Positions 55,688-64,000 of a stretch of DNA of 64,000 nucleotides are shown piece by piece. Location: contig JBAYIS010000001.1 of assembly GCA_041665525.1 (NCBI GenBank), forward strand, positions 215,418 to 279,417, in the 5' to 3' direction. How positions within the stretch are numbered: position 1 is the first letter of the stretch; each line of letters opens with the position of its first letter. This DNA comes from Bacteroidota bacterium. Its GTDB lineage: Bacteria; Bacteroidota; Ignavibacteria; UBA10030; UBA8401. The notes beneath the pieces are model-generated. The model was not told where the DNA came from. It saw only the letters and a list, made by a program, of their open reading frames with translations, and did not search any database. A program made the position numbers and the translations under genes.

Positions 55688-57913
55688 TCAGAATTTAAAT
55701 TCGATGCCGAGCGAAGGAATGATCGGCAATAATTTCACATTAGTGACTTCTACAGGATTTTTTGAGTAATCAAAGTTCTTAAACCAGATATTCCGATAAT
55801 TATAGACATTGAATATCTGGAAATACCAGCTTCCATCGAGATCGAACATGGTGATCTTTTTGTGGATACTCAGATCCCAGCGGTGATAGGGAAGCAGACG
55901 TTTGCTGTACAATGCGCCGGGCACGATGACTGTTTGCGTATTTCCGGTTGAGACATCTTGAAATATTCCAGAAGCCGGCGTATATGCTTGACCCGTCGCA
56001 AATGTAAAAACGCTGCTGATCTTCCATAATTCATTAAATTGATAATTTGCAGCAATTGTCAGGTCATTTCGTCGGTCAAATTTCGGCATGAATTCTTTCC
56101 CTTCATTCAATGCATCGAATGTCCGGTAGGTCCATGCCAAAGTGTAACCGATCATCCCCGTAAACTTGCCCGCTTGTTTCTGTGCAAAGAATTCGAATCC
56201 AAACGATCTGCCGTTCCCAACATGGAAAAGCTCTTCAACGTCGAGTGTCTGCGTGATCTCTCGTTTGAATAAGAGAACCTCTTTGTAGAGTTTATAATAT
56301 GTCTCGAATGAAAGTTTGTATTCCTCGAAATACTTTGTGTCAATGCCAAGAACGAAATCGATAGAGCGGCTGGGATTCATCTTCTCGTTGATCGGCACCC
56401 AGATATCGAAGGGAGAGAAGCCATTATCGCTTCCGGCAGGCACTGCATTAAGGAATTGGTAATACATTCCCGAGGCAAATTTCAAAGTGGAATATTCATC
56501 CACATTGTAACGAAGATTAAATCGCGGTCCGAGTGTAATATGCTTCGTCAGGTCCTGATACTCTGCCCGGTACCCGAATTGCGTTTTCCAACGTTCGTTG
56601 ATTGTCCATTCATCCTGTCCGTAAAAAGAGATCTGCGCAGGCCGCTCGTGAAACAGATATGGATCACCGTCGAAGCTTTCCCGGTATTGAATTTCATACT
56701 GCGACCACCATACTCCGAGTTTAATTAGATGATCGTTCGATGCAAAAAAATCGACATCGGCACGGAGGGAATAATCCTGAACGCTGTTCGTGTTGGAGAA
56801 TCCGGAACCTCCGAAATCCCCGCCGATAGTGGCTTTGTACGTGCTATAGGATGCGGTAAAATTCGAAAAAACTGTTTGACTGAACACATGCGTCCATTTG
56901 ACTGCACCGGTTCTGTTACCCCAGAGCATGTTCAGTTCCAACTCGTTGTTTCCAAGTGAATAGGTGAGGTCATCGTCGCCGAAATAGCCGACAAAGGAGA
57001 GTTTGTCATCTTCGCCGATATCCTGATTCAGCTTTGCGTTAGCATCGTAAAAAAAATAGAGAGGAATCGCATCTTTTCCAGTATCCAGTCCTGCAAATTT
57101 TACCAATTGATCGAAATATGTCCTTCGTCCGGAAAGAAACCAGGATCCATTACCAATCGGTCCCTCGCCGGTCACCCGCGTACTCAACAGACTAATGGAG
57201 GCTTTCCCATGTGTCGTGACTCTGTCTCCGTCAATATTCGTCACATTCAAAACGGAAGAAAGCCTGCCTCCATATTCGGCCGGAAAACCACCTTTCATAA
57301 GATCGATATCTTTGATCGCGTCATTGTTGAATGTGGAAAAGAATCCGAACAAATGGGAAGGATTATACACGACTGTTCCGTCCAGCAGAATCAGATTTTG
57401 GTCGGTGCTTCCTCCGCGGATATTCAATCCGCTGGAGATTTCAGACGTTGCTTTCACACCCGGCATCATCTGTAATGCGCGAAAAACATCTGCTTCGCCG
57501 ATGGTGGGAAGCTGTGCAATATCCCTTGCTTGCATCACAATCCTTCCGGTTTGTGTCGACCGTTTTTCTTCATCCTTTTCCGCTTCGATAAGTACTTCCG
57601 AAACCTGCAAAGCCTCATCAGAGAGTAAAATATCTTGAATAAGTCGTTTGTCCTCCCGGGTATTGATAGTAAACACCTTGGTTTGATATCCCAGAAGTGT
57701 CACCGTCACTTCGTATTCACCATCGGGAATATTTGGGATGGCGTAATATCCTTCAATATTCGTTGCTGTTCCTATTTTCAATTCCTTGATTGCGACAGTA
57801 GCGTAGGGGAGAGACTCTTTATTTGATTTGTCCCGGATAAAACCACTGAGGATTGCCTTTTGCTGGGGAAACAATGTTGCGGTAATAAAAAGGAACGATA
57901 GTATAATTTTCAT
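55688..57913 (-). CDS. TonB-dependent receptor with N-terminal carboxypeptidase-regulatory-like domain
   Basis: ILSGFIRDKSNKESLPYATVAIKEL...GYYAIPNIPDGEYEVTVTLLGYQ (CarboxypepD_reg), then plug and barrel. The C-terminus is ...PSLGIEFKF. Confidence 0.85.
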   Translation of the reverse strand: MKIILSFLFITATLFPQQKAILSGFIRDKSNKESLPYATVAIKELKIGTATNIEGYYAIPNIPDGEYEVTVTLLGYQTKVFTINTREDKRLIQDILLSDEALQVSEVLIEAEKDEEKRSTQTGRIVMQARDIAQLPTIGEADVFRALQMMPGVKATSEISSGLNIRGGSTDQNLILLDGTVVYNPSHLFGFFSTFNNDAIKDIDLMKGGFPAEYGGRLSSVLNVTNIDGDRVTTHGKASISLLSTRVTGEGPIGNGSWFLSGRRTYFDQLVKFAGLDTGKDAIPLYFFYDANAKLNQDIGEDDKLSFVGYFGDDDLTYSLGNNELELNMLWGNRTGAVKWTHVFSQTVFSNFTASYSTYKATIGGDFGGSGFSNTNSVQDYSLRADVDFFASNDHLIKLGVWWSQYEIQYRESFDGDPYLFHERPAQISFYGQDEWTINERWKTQFGYRAEYQDLTKHITLGPRFNLRYNVDEYSTLKFASGMYYQFLNAVPAGSDNGFSPFDIWVPINEKMNPSRSIDFVLGIDTKYFEEYKLSFETYYKLYKEVLLFKREITQTLDVEELFHVGNGRSFGFEFFAQKQAGKFTGMIGYTLAWTYRTFDALNEGKEFMPKFDRRNDLTIAANYQFNELWKISSVFTFATGQAYTPASGIFQDVSTGNTQTVIVPGALYSKRLLPYHRWDLSIHKKITMFDLDGSWYFQIFNVYNYRNIWFKNFDYSKNPVEVTNVKLLPIIPSLGIEFKF

Positions 57914-58041
57914 AGAAGTATCAACAATGTAATAAAAATAAAGAACTGTTTACGGCATTCACGATATTCTGTTTCAATTGTTGGCGGATTAATCAGAAAA
58001 AGTTTTTTAAAAAGTGCAATTGGAATTTCCTCTTTTTTTTG

Positions 58042-58049
58042 TATATTTG
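58042..58049 (+). promoter_or_regulatory. TATATTTG (TAnnTTTG-type -7 motif) upstream of tRNA-Ser
   Basis: The motif ends 16 nt before the mature tRNA 5' end. Confidence 0.35.
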
Positions 58050-58065
58050 CACTGCAATTACGTCT

Positions 58066-58153
<88 letters not shown>

Positions 58154-58218
58154 AGTCCGACAAAAGTTTGCACACTCCGGGATCAGCATCCGATCCCGGC
58201 ATCTGAGTTTCAACAGCA

Positions 58219-58305
58219 GGAGAGGTGTCTGAGTGGTTGAAAGAGCCAGTCTCGAAAACTGGAATAGTCGCAAGGCTATCGAGGGTTCGAATCCCTCCCT
58301 CTCCG
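58219..58305 (+). tRNA. tRNA-Ser (CGA), class II
   Basis: Acceptor GGAGAGG/CCTCTCC, anticodon loop CTCGAAA, T-loop TTCGAAT. Confidence 0.9.
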
Positions 58306-58448
58306 CATAATTACAAGGTTACTTCTTCATTCGATTGACACTCCGGAATCATTTCTTTACTTTTCTTTCGTTCGCTTCAATTCTGGGAACAGAAATCCAA
58401 ACTTCTTCGTTATCAAGTATCATTCAATCAAAATCAGGAGAGAACGAC

Positions 58449-58913
58449 ATGGCATTAACAGTCGGTCAAAAGGCTTTTAACTTCACTTTGGCAGATGCAT
58501 ACAGGAAACCAGTATCGCTGTCGGATTATGCAGGGAAAAAAGTGGTCATCTTTTTTTATCCCGGAGCATTCACCGCGGTATGTGAAAAAGAGATGTGTAC
58601 AATTCGAGATGCGATGGCGGATTTCGATGCAGGAGGGGCACAGATTCTCGGCATTAGTGTTGACGCTCCGGCAGCAAATAAAGCATTTGCAGATAAGAAC
58701 GGGTTGAAATTTCCTCTACTCAGCGATTACACGCGGTACGTTGCATCGAATTATTGCGGATTGATCAATAATTTTGCAGGCCTTATCGGACTGACGGCTT
58801 CCAACAGAGCAGCATTTGTTGTGGACGGCACCGGAATGATAACCTATGCGTGGATTTCCGAAAATCCCGGTATGGAACCGCCATACGACGAAGTGAAGAA
58901 AGCGCTGGCATAA
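58449..58913 (+). CDS. Peroxiredoxin, BCP/PrxQ-like (C-x4-C)
   Basis: FFYPGAFTAVCEKEMC. I trimmed the start to the ATG at 58449, which follows AGGAGAG. Confidence 0.8.
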   Translation: MALTVGQKAFNFTLADAYRKPVSLSDYAGKKVVIFFYPGAFTAVCEKEMCTIRDAMADFDAGGAQILGISVDAPAANKAFADKNGLKFPLLSDYTRYVASNYCGLINNFAGLIGLTASNRAAFVVDGTGMITYAWISENPGMEPPYDEVKKALA

Positions 58914-58918
58914 TATTC

Positions 58919-59383
58919 ATGGCTGAAATAACAGTTGGAAAAAAAGCACCGTCGTTCACCCTGACGGCGGGAGATGGAAAAAAATATTCCTTAAAGGATT
59001 TCCTGGGGAAGAAGATCGTTCTGTATTTTTATCCAAAGGATGATACTTCTGGTTGCACGAAAGAGGCTTGTTCTTTCCGCGATAATCTCTCCACTATTAA
59101 GAAAAAGGGAGCCGTTGTTATAGGAGTCAGTCCCGATGCAGTTAAATCACACGTGAAGTTTTCATCAAAATATGATCTGAATTTCCCGCTGCTTTCGGAT
59201 GAAAGCAAAGAAATGCTGACCGCTTACGGCGTATGGCAGGAAAAGAGCATGTATGGCAGGAAATATATGGGAGTGGTTCGAACGACGTTTGTTATCGACG
59301 AACAAGGAAAGATCTCCCATATTTTCCCTAAGGTCAAAGTGGATGGACATGCAGTAGAAGTATTAAAAGCGCTCTCAGAATGA
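58919..59383 (+). CDS. bcp: Thioredoxin-dependent thiol peroxidase (BCP)
   Basis: LYFYPKDDTSGCTKEACSF. I trimmed the start to the ATG at 58919. Confidence 0.85.
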   Translation: MAEITVGKKAPSFTLTAGDGKKYSLKDFLGKKIVLYFYPKDDTSGCTKEACSFRDNLSTIKKKGAVVIGVSPDAVKSHVKFSSKYDLNFPLLSDESKEMLTAYGVWQEKSMYGRKYMGVVRTTFVIDEQGKISHIFPKVKVDGHAVEVLKALSE

Positions 59384-59796
59384 CCGGTACGACTTATATA
59401 TTTCGGCGAGCGCATTTCAGCGCATCACACCGTTTATTTGACGCACAGTTGTCGGACGAGCAAAACTTTGAAATTTTCGGTGGCTGTTCCAATCCTAACG
59501 GGCACGGCCATAACTATTATATAGAAGTCTGCATTGCAGGTATTCCTCATCCAAAGACCGGTTTCGTAATTGATCTGAAACGCGTAAAACGGATACTGCA
59601 TGACCGTTTTTTGGACAAAGTTGATCATAAGAACCTCAATGTCGATGTCGATTTTTTGCGCGGTATCAATCCCACTACGGAGAATATTGCAATAGCTGCC
59701 TGGCATCAAATCGCTCCGCATATCTCGGACGGAAAGCTTTATTCTGTGAGAATCTACGAGACAGAAAATAACTTTGTAGAATACAAAGGAGAATAG
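59380..59796 (+). CDS. 6-pyruvoyl-tetrahydropterin synthase, animal-type motif set (QueD/PTPS superfamily)
   Basis: [36 protein letters not shown] and the C-terminal [12 protein letters not shown] closely track my recollection of mammalian PTPS, rather than the C-x3-HGH motif of QueD. Confidence 0.75.
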   Translation: MTGTTYIFRRAHFSASHRLFDAQLSDEQNFEIFGGCSNPNGHGHNYYIEVCIAGIPHPKTGFVIDLKRVKRILHDRFLDKVDHKNLNVDVDFLRGINPTTENIAIAAWHQIAPHISDGKLYSVRIYETENNFVEYKGE

Positions 59797-59798
59797 CA

Positions 59799-60389
59799 TT
59801 GAGTAAAAAAGTAATATCCGCCAAAACGACTGAGGCATTGGAAAAACTGGTTTCTCACCAATTGCAGCTGATTGGTGAAGATCCGCAACGCGAAGGATTG
59901 TTAAAAACACCCCACCGCGTTGCGAAATCTATTCAGTTCCTGACAAAAGGATATTCGGAAGATATCAAGACCATCTTGAACGGTGCTATTTTCAAAGAAG
60001 ATTATAACGAAATGGTCATTGTTAAGGACATTGATTATTTTTCAATGTGTGAGCATCATATGCTGCCGTTTTACGGGAAGATCCATATTGCGTATATTCC
60101 CAACGGAAAAATAGTTGGATTGAGCAAGATTCCGCGGTTGGTGGATATGTTTGCGCGACGGCTGCAAGTGCAGGAACGCATGACCCGGCAAATTGCAAAT
60201 ACGTTATTCGAGGTGCTGAATCCAGAGGGAGTCGCTGTCGTCTGCGAAGGAAAACATATGTGTATGATGATGCGCGGCGTGGAAAAACAACATTCACTTG
60301 CCACCACCAGTGCAATGATCGGAGTCTTCGAGACCAATATCAAAACAAGAACTGAATTTTTGACACTGATAACAAATAAACTTTCATAA
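59799..60389 (+). CDS. folE: GTP cyclohydrolase I
   Basis: [28 protein letters not shown] and [10 protein letters not shown]. Confidence 0.9.
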   Translation: MSKKVISAKTTEALEKLVSHQLQLIGEDPQREGLLKTPHRVAKSIQFLTKGYSEDIKTILNGAIFKEDYNEMVIVKDIDYFSMCEHHMLPFYGKIHIAYIPNGKIVGLSKIPRLVDMFARRLQVQERMTRQIANTLFEVLNPEGVAVVCEGKHMCMMMRGVEKQHSLATTSAMIGVFETNIKTRTEFLTLITNKLS

Positions 60390-60391
60390 TC

Positions 60392-61120
60392 GTGATTGAG
60401 TTAGAAAAAAATTATGTGCCCGTTGTTTGGGTAACCGGAGCCACCAAAGGAATCGGATTGGCGATCGCCAATGCGTTTGCGATTATCGGCTGCAAATTGA
60501 TTCTTAGCGGCCGGAATCGATCACAACTAGAAATTAATGCCGGTAAGATCATCGACCAGGGCGGTTATGCACTTCCGCTGGTTTGCGATGTGACTTCAGA
60601 AACCAGTGTGCGCGCAGTAACGGCGACGATTACCAAGAAAGTCGGCGGTGTTGATGTGCTGGTGAATAATGCCGGCGTAACCATCTTTGAGTCATTCGAT
60701 AAAACGACTGTAAAAGAATTCGACCAAATTGTCGATACGAATCTGCGCGGATATTTTCTGACTACGAAAGCAGTTCTCGGTTCCATGCTGAAACAAAAGA
60801 AGGGACATATCTTCAACATACATTCCGTTTCAGCGATAACGACATTTAACAATTCCTCGGTGTATGCTGCTTCAAAAGCAGGTGCATTGGCACTTTCCAA
60901 ATGTCTCCGCCTGGAAGTACGAAAAAAAGGAATTCGTGTAATCGATGTTCTTCCGGGTGCGGTAGAAACAGAGATGTGGGATAAATCTGTCAGGAAAAAA
61001 TATCACAGCAAGATGCTTCAGCCGGAAGATGTTGCCGATGCCGTCGTTTCCCTGTACTGTCAGCCGCAACGCATGACAACGGATGAGATCGTCCTGCGTC
61101 CGGTGGAGGGAGACCTGTGA
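60392..61120 (+). CDS. Short-chain dehydrogenase/reductase (candidate sepiapterin/pteridine reductase)
   Basis: TGATKGIG, NNAG and the Y-x3-K motif (YAASKAG). GTG start. It overlaps the next SDR gene by 4 nt. Confidence 0.75.
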   Translation: MIELEKNYVPVVWVTGATKGIGLAIANAFAIIGCKLILSGRNRSQLEINAGKIIDQGGYALPLVCDVTSETSVRAVTATITKKVGGVDVLVNNAGVTIFESFDKTTVKEFDQIVDTNLRGYFLTTKAVLGSMLKQKKGHIFNIHSVSAITTFNNSSVYAASKAGALALSKCLRLEVRKKGIRVIDVLPGAVETEMWDKSVRKKYHSKMLQPEDVADAVVSLYCQPQRMTTDEIVLRPVEGDL

Positions 61121-61827
61121 TGGATCTGAACGGTTCTGTGGCGGTCATAACCGGCGCAAGTAAAGGGATCGGCCGTGCTATTGCGTTGACGCTGGCGAAA
61201 CATGGAGTGACTGTCGTGCTTGCTGCACGAAGTACGGAATTGCTTTCCATGGTGCATAAAGAAATCGCTGAAACGGGAGGGAAATCCGTTTCGATTCCGA
61301 CCGATGTGACGTCCGAAAATTCAGTTCGGAATCTTGCGATCGAGACTCTGAAATTATTTGGAAGAATCGATATCCTGATAAACAATGCCGGTGTCGGAAT
61401 CTTTTCCAATATTGTCGATATGAAGACGGAAGACTACGAAGCGATGATGAACGTGAATCTAAAGGGAGTATTTCTCAGCAGCCGAGCATTCATTCCGACA
61501 ATGATTAAACAACGGCGCGGTGAGATCATCAATATCGCTTCGCTGGCGGGGAAGAATTCATTTGCGGGCGGTTCGGTCTATTCTGCTACAAAGTGGGGAT
61601 TGATTGGATTTGCACGTTCCTTGATGTTGGAAGTGCGGGACCATAACATCCGTGTCGTAACAATTTCGCCCGGATCGGTGAACACACATTTTTCCGATAA
61701 AGAATTATCTGAATCGCAGATCATTCAGCCGGAAGATGTTGCTGAGACTGTGCTGTTTGCATTGACAATGCCGAACCGAGTGAACGTCAGTGAGATCGAT
61801 ATCCGACCCACAATCAAGCCGAGATAA
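61117..61827 (+). CDS. Short-chain dehydrogenase/reductase, second copy
   Basis: TGASKGIG, NNAG and YSATKWG. Confidence 0.75.
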   Translation: MMDLNGSVAVITGASKGIGRAIALTLAKHGVTVVLAARSTELLSMVHKEIAETGGKSVSIPTDVTSENSVRNLAIETLKLFGRIDILINNAGVGIFSNIVDMKTEDYEAMMNVNLKGVFLSSRAFIPTMIKQRRGEIINIASLAGKNSFAGGSVYSATKWGLIGFARSLMLEVRDHNIRVVTISPGSVNTHFSDKELSESQIIQPEDVAETVLFALTMPNRVNVSEIDIRPTIKPR

Positions 61828-61858
61828 CATACACCTCTTGATACTGCTTTAAAATACG

Positions 61859-61892
61859 AACGCCAAACATCCATCAATGAATGTTCGGCGTT
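61859..61892. terminator. Hairpin between convergent genes (weak bidirectional terminator candidate)
   Basis: AACGCCAAACAT...ATGTTCGGCGTT forms a 12-bp stem with one mismatch. The flanking A/T runs are short. Confidence 0.35.
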
Positions 61893-61907
61893 AATAACTG
61901 TCCGGCG

Positions 61908-62402
61908 TTATTCCGTAATGATCTTTTTTTCGATGCGTCGTTCCATCCGGGGCGACATGTCGTCATCCATACGGCCATGACGCATCATTGCTCCTTGTTT
62001 GCGTCCCTGCATCATTTTACGGGGCTGGTGTTCCAGCATGCCTTTCCAGATCTTTTGTTGATCGGCATTGAGCAGTTTGTTCTTTTCAGACCAGGCATTG
62101 ATATGATTCATGCGCAGTGCGACCCGCTGTTGGGCAACTTCGGTCATCTTCTTTTCAATCGCGGATTTATCGATACTTTCTGCGGTGAACAGGCGGCGAA
62201 GTTCAAGAGATACTGTCTCCAGTTTGGCGCGTAATTCGATTTGTTTTTTCTGCATATCAAAAGAGATTTTTTCAAACTGTTGTTGTTGTGCATCGGTAAG
62301 ATTCAGTTCCTTGGGCATTGGACAGTCGCATTGATGTTGCGCTGCGGCAACGGAAATGAACACGAGCAGAAGAATCGGGAAGAACCTGAACATTTGTTTC
62401 AT
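61908..62402 (-). CDS. Periplasmic Spy/CpxP-family (LTxxQ-type) protein
   Basis: Signal peptide MKQMFRFFPILLLVFISVAAA and the LTDAQQQQFEKI (LTxxQ) motif. I trimmed the start to the ATG at 62402. Confidence 0.7.
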   Translation of the reverse strand: MKQMFRFFPILLLVFISVAAAQHQCDCPMPKELNLTDAQQQQFEKISFDMQKKQIELRAKLETVSLELRRLFTAESIDKSAIEKKMTEVAQQRVALRMNHINAWSEKNKLLNADQQKIWKGMLEHQPRKMMQGRKQGAMMRHGRMDDDMSPRMERRIEKKIITE

Positions 62403-62527
62403 ATCGACCTCTGTAATTGAGTGAATGATGTTGGGGTCTTGTGTGATGTCGGCTTTTTGACACGATCGCATCGGCGAAAGTTTAACATTGAATTGCATTC
62501 AACCTTTAATTATTTTGTGAAAGAAAC

Positions 62528-64000
62528 GTGAATATCAAAAAACTCCACATATATGCCGCAATTGGTTTTGCGGTCGTGCACTCCGGTTGCGCAGTGTATG
62601 ATCCCGTAGCAGATTTTACCAAACAACGGTATACCAACGCCGTTTCCTATTTCAATACGTACTACAATGCCCAACGGTTGTACAACGATGCTGAAACCGA
62701 AGTACTGCGGGCACACCGGGAGTATCTGGAACGGGGAGCCACCGCCAAAGCTTTTACCATTCCTTCCTCAGCCCGGCAGAAATTTCAGGCCTCCATCGAA
62801 AAGAATTCCAAAGTATTGTCCTTTTATCCCGAATCGAAATTTGTTGATGACGCATTATTGATGATCGGGAAAGCATATTTTTACATGGAGGATGATGTCC
62901 GGGCGGAACGGAAGTTTCTTGAATTGGCGGTGCAGTTTCCTAACAGCGACCTTATTCCTGAATCACAATTGTGGCTTGGGAAGAGTTATCTCCGGCAAAA
63001 AAAGACAGACGAAGGGATCAAACAGCTCGAAGATGTTTATACAAATACGGCCGATGGCAGCGATGAACTGGCGGGACAGGCTGCGTATGAAACTGGACAA
63101 CATTATTTTTCTCTGCAGGAATATTCTCAAGCCGAAAAGCATTATACGCTTGCTGCTGAAAAAGTGAATGACGACGAGTTGAAAACTCAAATTTATTTTC
63201 AGATTGGAAAATGCAATTCAGCATTATTGCAATTTGAAAAAGCTGAACAAGCGTTTGCTCAAGCGGTAAAAGTGTCACCAGTCTATACACTGTTGTTCCA
63301 GTCGCAATTACAAAAAGTCAAATCTATAGCATATCAAAAGAGATATGACGAAGCACTTCAGGCTTTGCACGATATGCTGGACGATAGTAAAAACAAAGAA
63401 TTCTACGGTATTATTCACTTCGAATTTGCGAACATCTTGAACCTTCAGGGGAAGACAGAAGCTGCCGTTGAGAAATTCAGATATATCGATACAGCATTTG
63501 CTCGAACTGATGAGGCGGCGCGATCGTATTTTCTTTTGGGAGAATACTATGAGAAGTCCGAGCGGAATTTTGATTCCGCGAGGGTGATGTATACCAAAGC
63601 AAGATCGGAATTTGCCGGGTCAGAAATCACTGCTTCCGCTGTCATTAAAGCAGATATGTTTATTAAGTATGCGGCGCTGAAAAAAGACCTGTTCCGGTTT
63701 GATTCTCTCTATATTTTTGAAGCATTTAGGACGGAACAGACGGATTCAATTGCCGCAGCGGCAAAAGACACTCTAAGGAAAAAAGATACCCTTATTGTTC
63801 GTGAAGAACAGAAATTGAAAAAGAGTGTGAAAACTGCCTCCGTAAAAACGGAAAAAGATAGTATTGCCGTGCTTGATTCCCTTAGGGCTAAAGAGCGAAT
63901 GAATCGAGAACAACAGCGGAAGATAATGCTTGACTCGCTTCAACGGTCGATCATCCGGACAAAATTCGAACTCGGCGGATTGTTCTATTTGGAGTTGCAG
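62528..64000 (+). CDS. TPR-repeat lipoprotein, 3' end beyond the window
   Basis: Not in the ORF track because it is open-ended. A GTG at 62528 gives VNIKKLHIYAAIGFAVVHSGC (lipobox), then repeated TPR-like helices (DALLMIGKAYFYMEDDVRAERKF, GQAAYETGQHYFSLQEYSQAEKHY). The frame stays open to 64000. Confidence 0.65.
   Translation, partial: MNIKKLHIYAAIGFAVVHSGCAVYDPVADFTKQRYTNAVSYFNTYYNAQRLYNDAETEVLRAHREYLERGATAKAFTIPSSARQKFQASIEKNSKVLSFYPESKFVDDALLMIGKAYFYMEDDVRAERKFLELAVQFPNSDLIPESQLWLGKSYLRQKKTDEGIKQLEDVYTNTADGSDELAGQAAYETGQHYFSLQEYSQAEKHYTLAAEKVNDDELKTQIYFQIGKCNSALLQFEKAEQAFAQAVKVSPVYTLLFQSQLQKVKSIAYQKRYDEALQALHDMLDDSKNKEFYGIIHFEFANILNLQGKTEAAVEKFRYIDTAFARTDEAARSYFLLGEYYEKSERNFDSARVMYTKARSEFAGSEITASAVIKADMFIKYAALKKDLFRFDSLYIFEAFRTEQTDSIAAAAKDTLRKKDTLIVREEQKLKKSVKTASVKTEKDSIAVLDSLRAKERMNREQQRKIMLDSLQRSIIRTKFELGGLFYLELQ

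Overview
Gene-dense 64-kb chromosomal window, mostly housekeeping genes plus two large membrane bioenergetic modules. By inference only, it comes from a Fibrobacteres-Chlorobi-Bacteroidetes-group bacterium (Ignavibacteria-like). The clues are a TonB receptor with a CarboxypepD_reg domain paired with a DUF4249-like gene, a DUF4835-like gene, TAnnTTTG promoter-like motifs, a stand-alone atpDC pair, and a eukaryote-type PTPS.

Main blocks:
- (1) 1-6344, minus strand: an ACIII/Qrc-family quinone-interacting oxidoreductase module. It has a pentaheme cytochrome c, a Tat-signal molybdopterin-family subunit, a 4-cluster ferredoxin and a long NrfD-type membrane subunit. Two unusual genes precede it: a Cys8 + lysine-less GcvH-like protein and a small TM protein.
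- (2) 6761-10470, plus strand: a sigma-54-type promoter, a histidine kinase with c-heme motifs in its periplasmic domain, an archaemetzincin-type metalloprotease and an NtrC-type regulator. All are translationally coupled and end at a terminator.
- (3) 10.5-23.4 kb: a YpdA-like flavoprotein gene, atpDC, alr, GDP-mannose synthesis, rlpA, envelope/outer-membrane proteins, mnmA and a TMTC/PMT-like membrane protein gene that looks 3'-truncated.
- (4) 23303-35623, minus strand: a ten-gene hyf/complex-I-like operon. Its 'hydrogenase' large subunit has lost all four NiFe cysteine ligands (Ehr-like). It also carries three tandem HyfB/NuoL-type paralogues, a ferredoxin-NuoB fusion and two in-operon regulators (MerR and HTH-EIIA-Ntr). 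This is the most interesting candidate for a functionally undescribed system.
- (5) 35.9-50.3 kb: a DUF3667-like gene, an acyl-CoA carboxyltransferase, a secreted M14-like/M14/tricorn protease trio, pdxH, a cNMP-binding protein gene, tgt, yajC, ribBA and greA.
- (6) 50.4-64 kb: four tRNAs (Gly, Cys, Leu, Leu), maf, a B12-binding domain protein gene, a family-B DNA polymerase, the TonB receptor/DUF4249-like pair, two tRNA-Ser genes and two BCP-type peroxiredoxins. These are followed by a PTPS-GTP cyclohydrolase I-SDR-SDR pterin cluster, a Spy/CpxP-like gene and a TPR lipoprotein gene that runs off the window.

I saw no rRNA, CRISPR array, transposase or integrase. All calls come from reading the supplied translations and DNA by eye; no database search was run.
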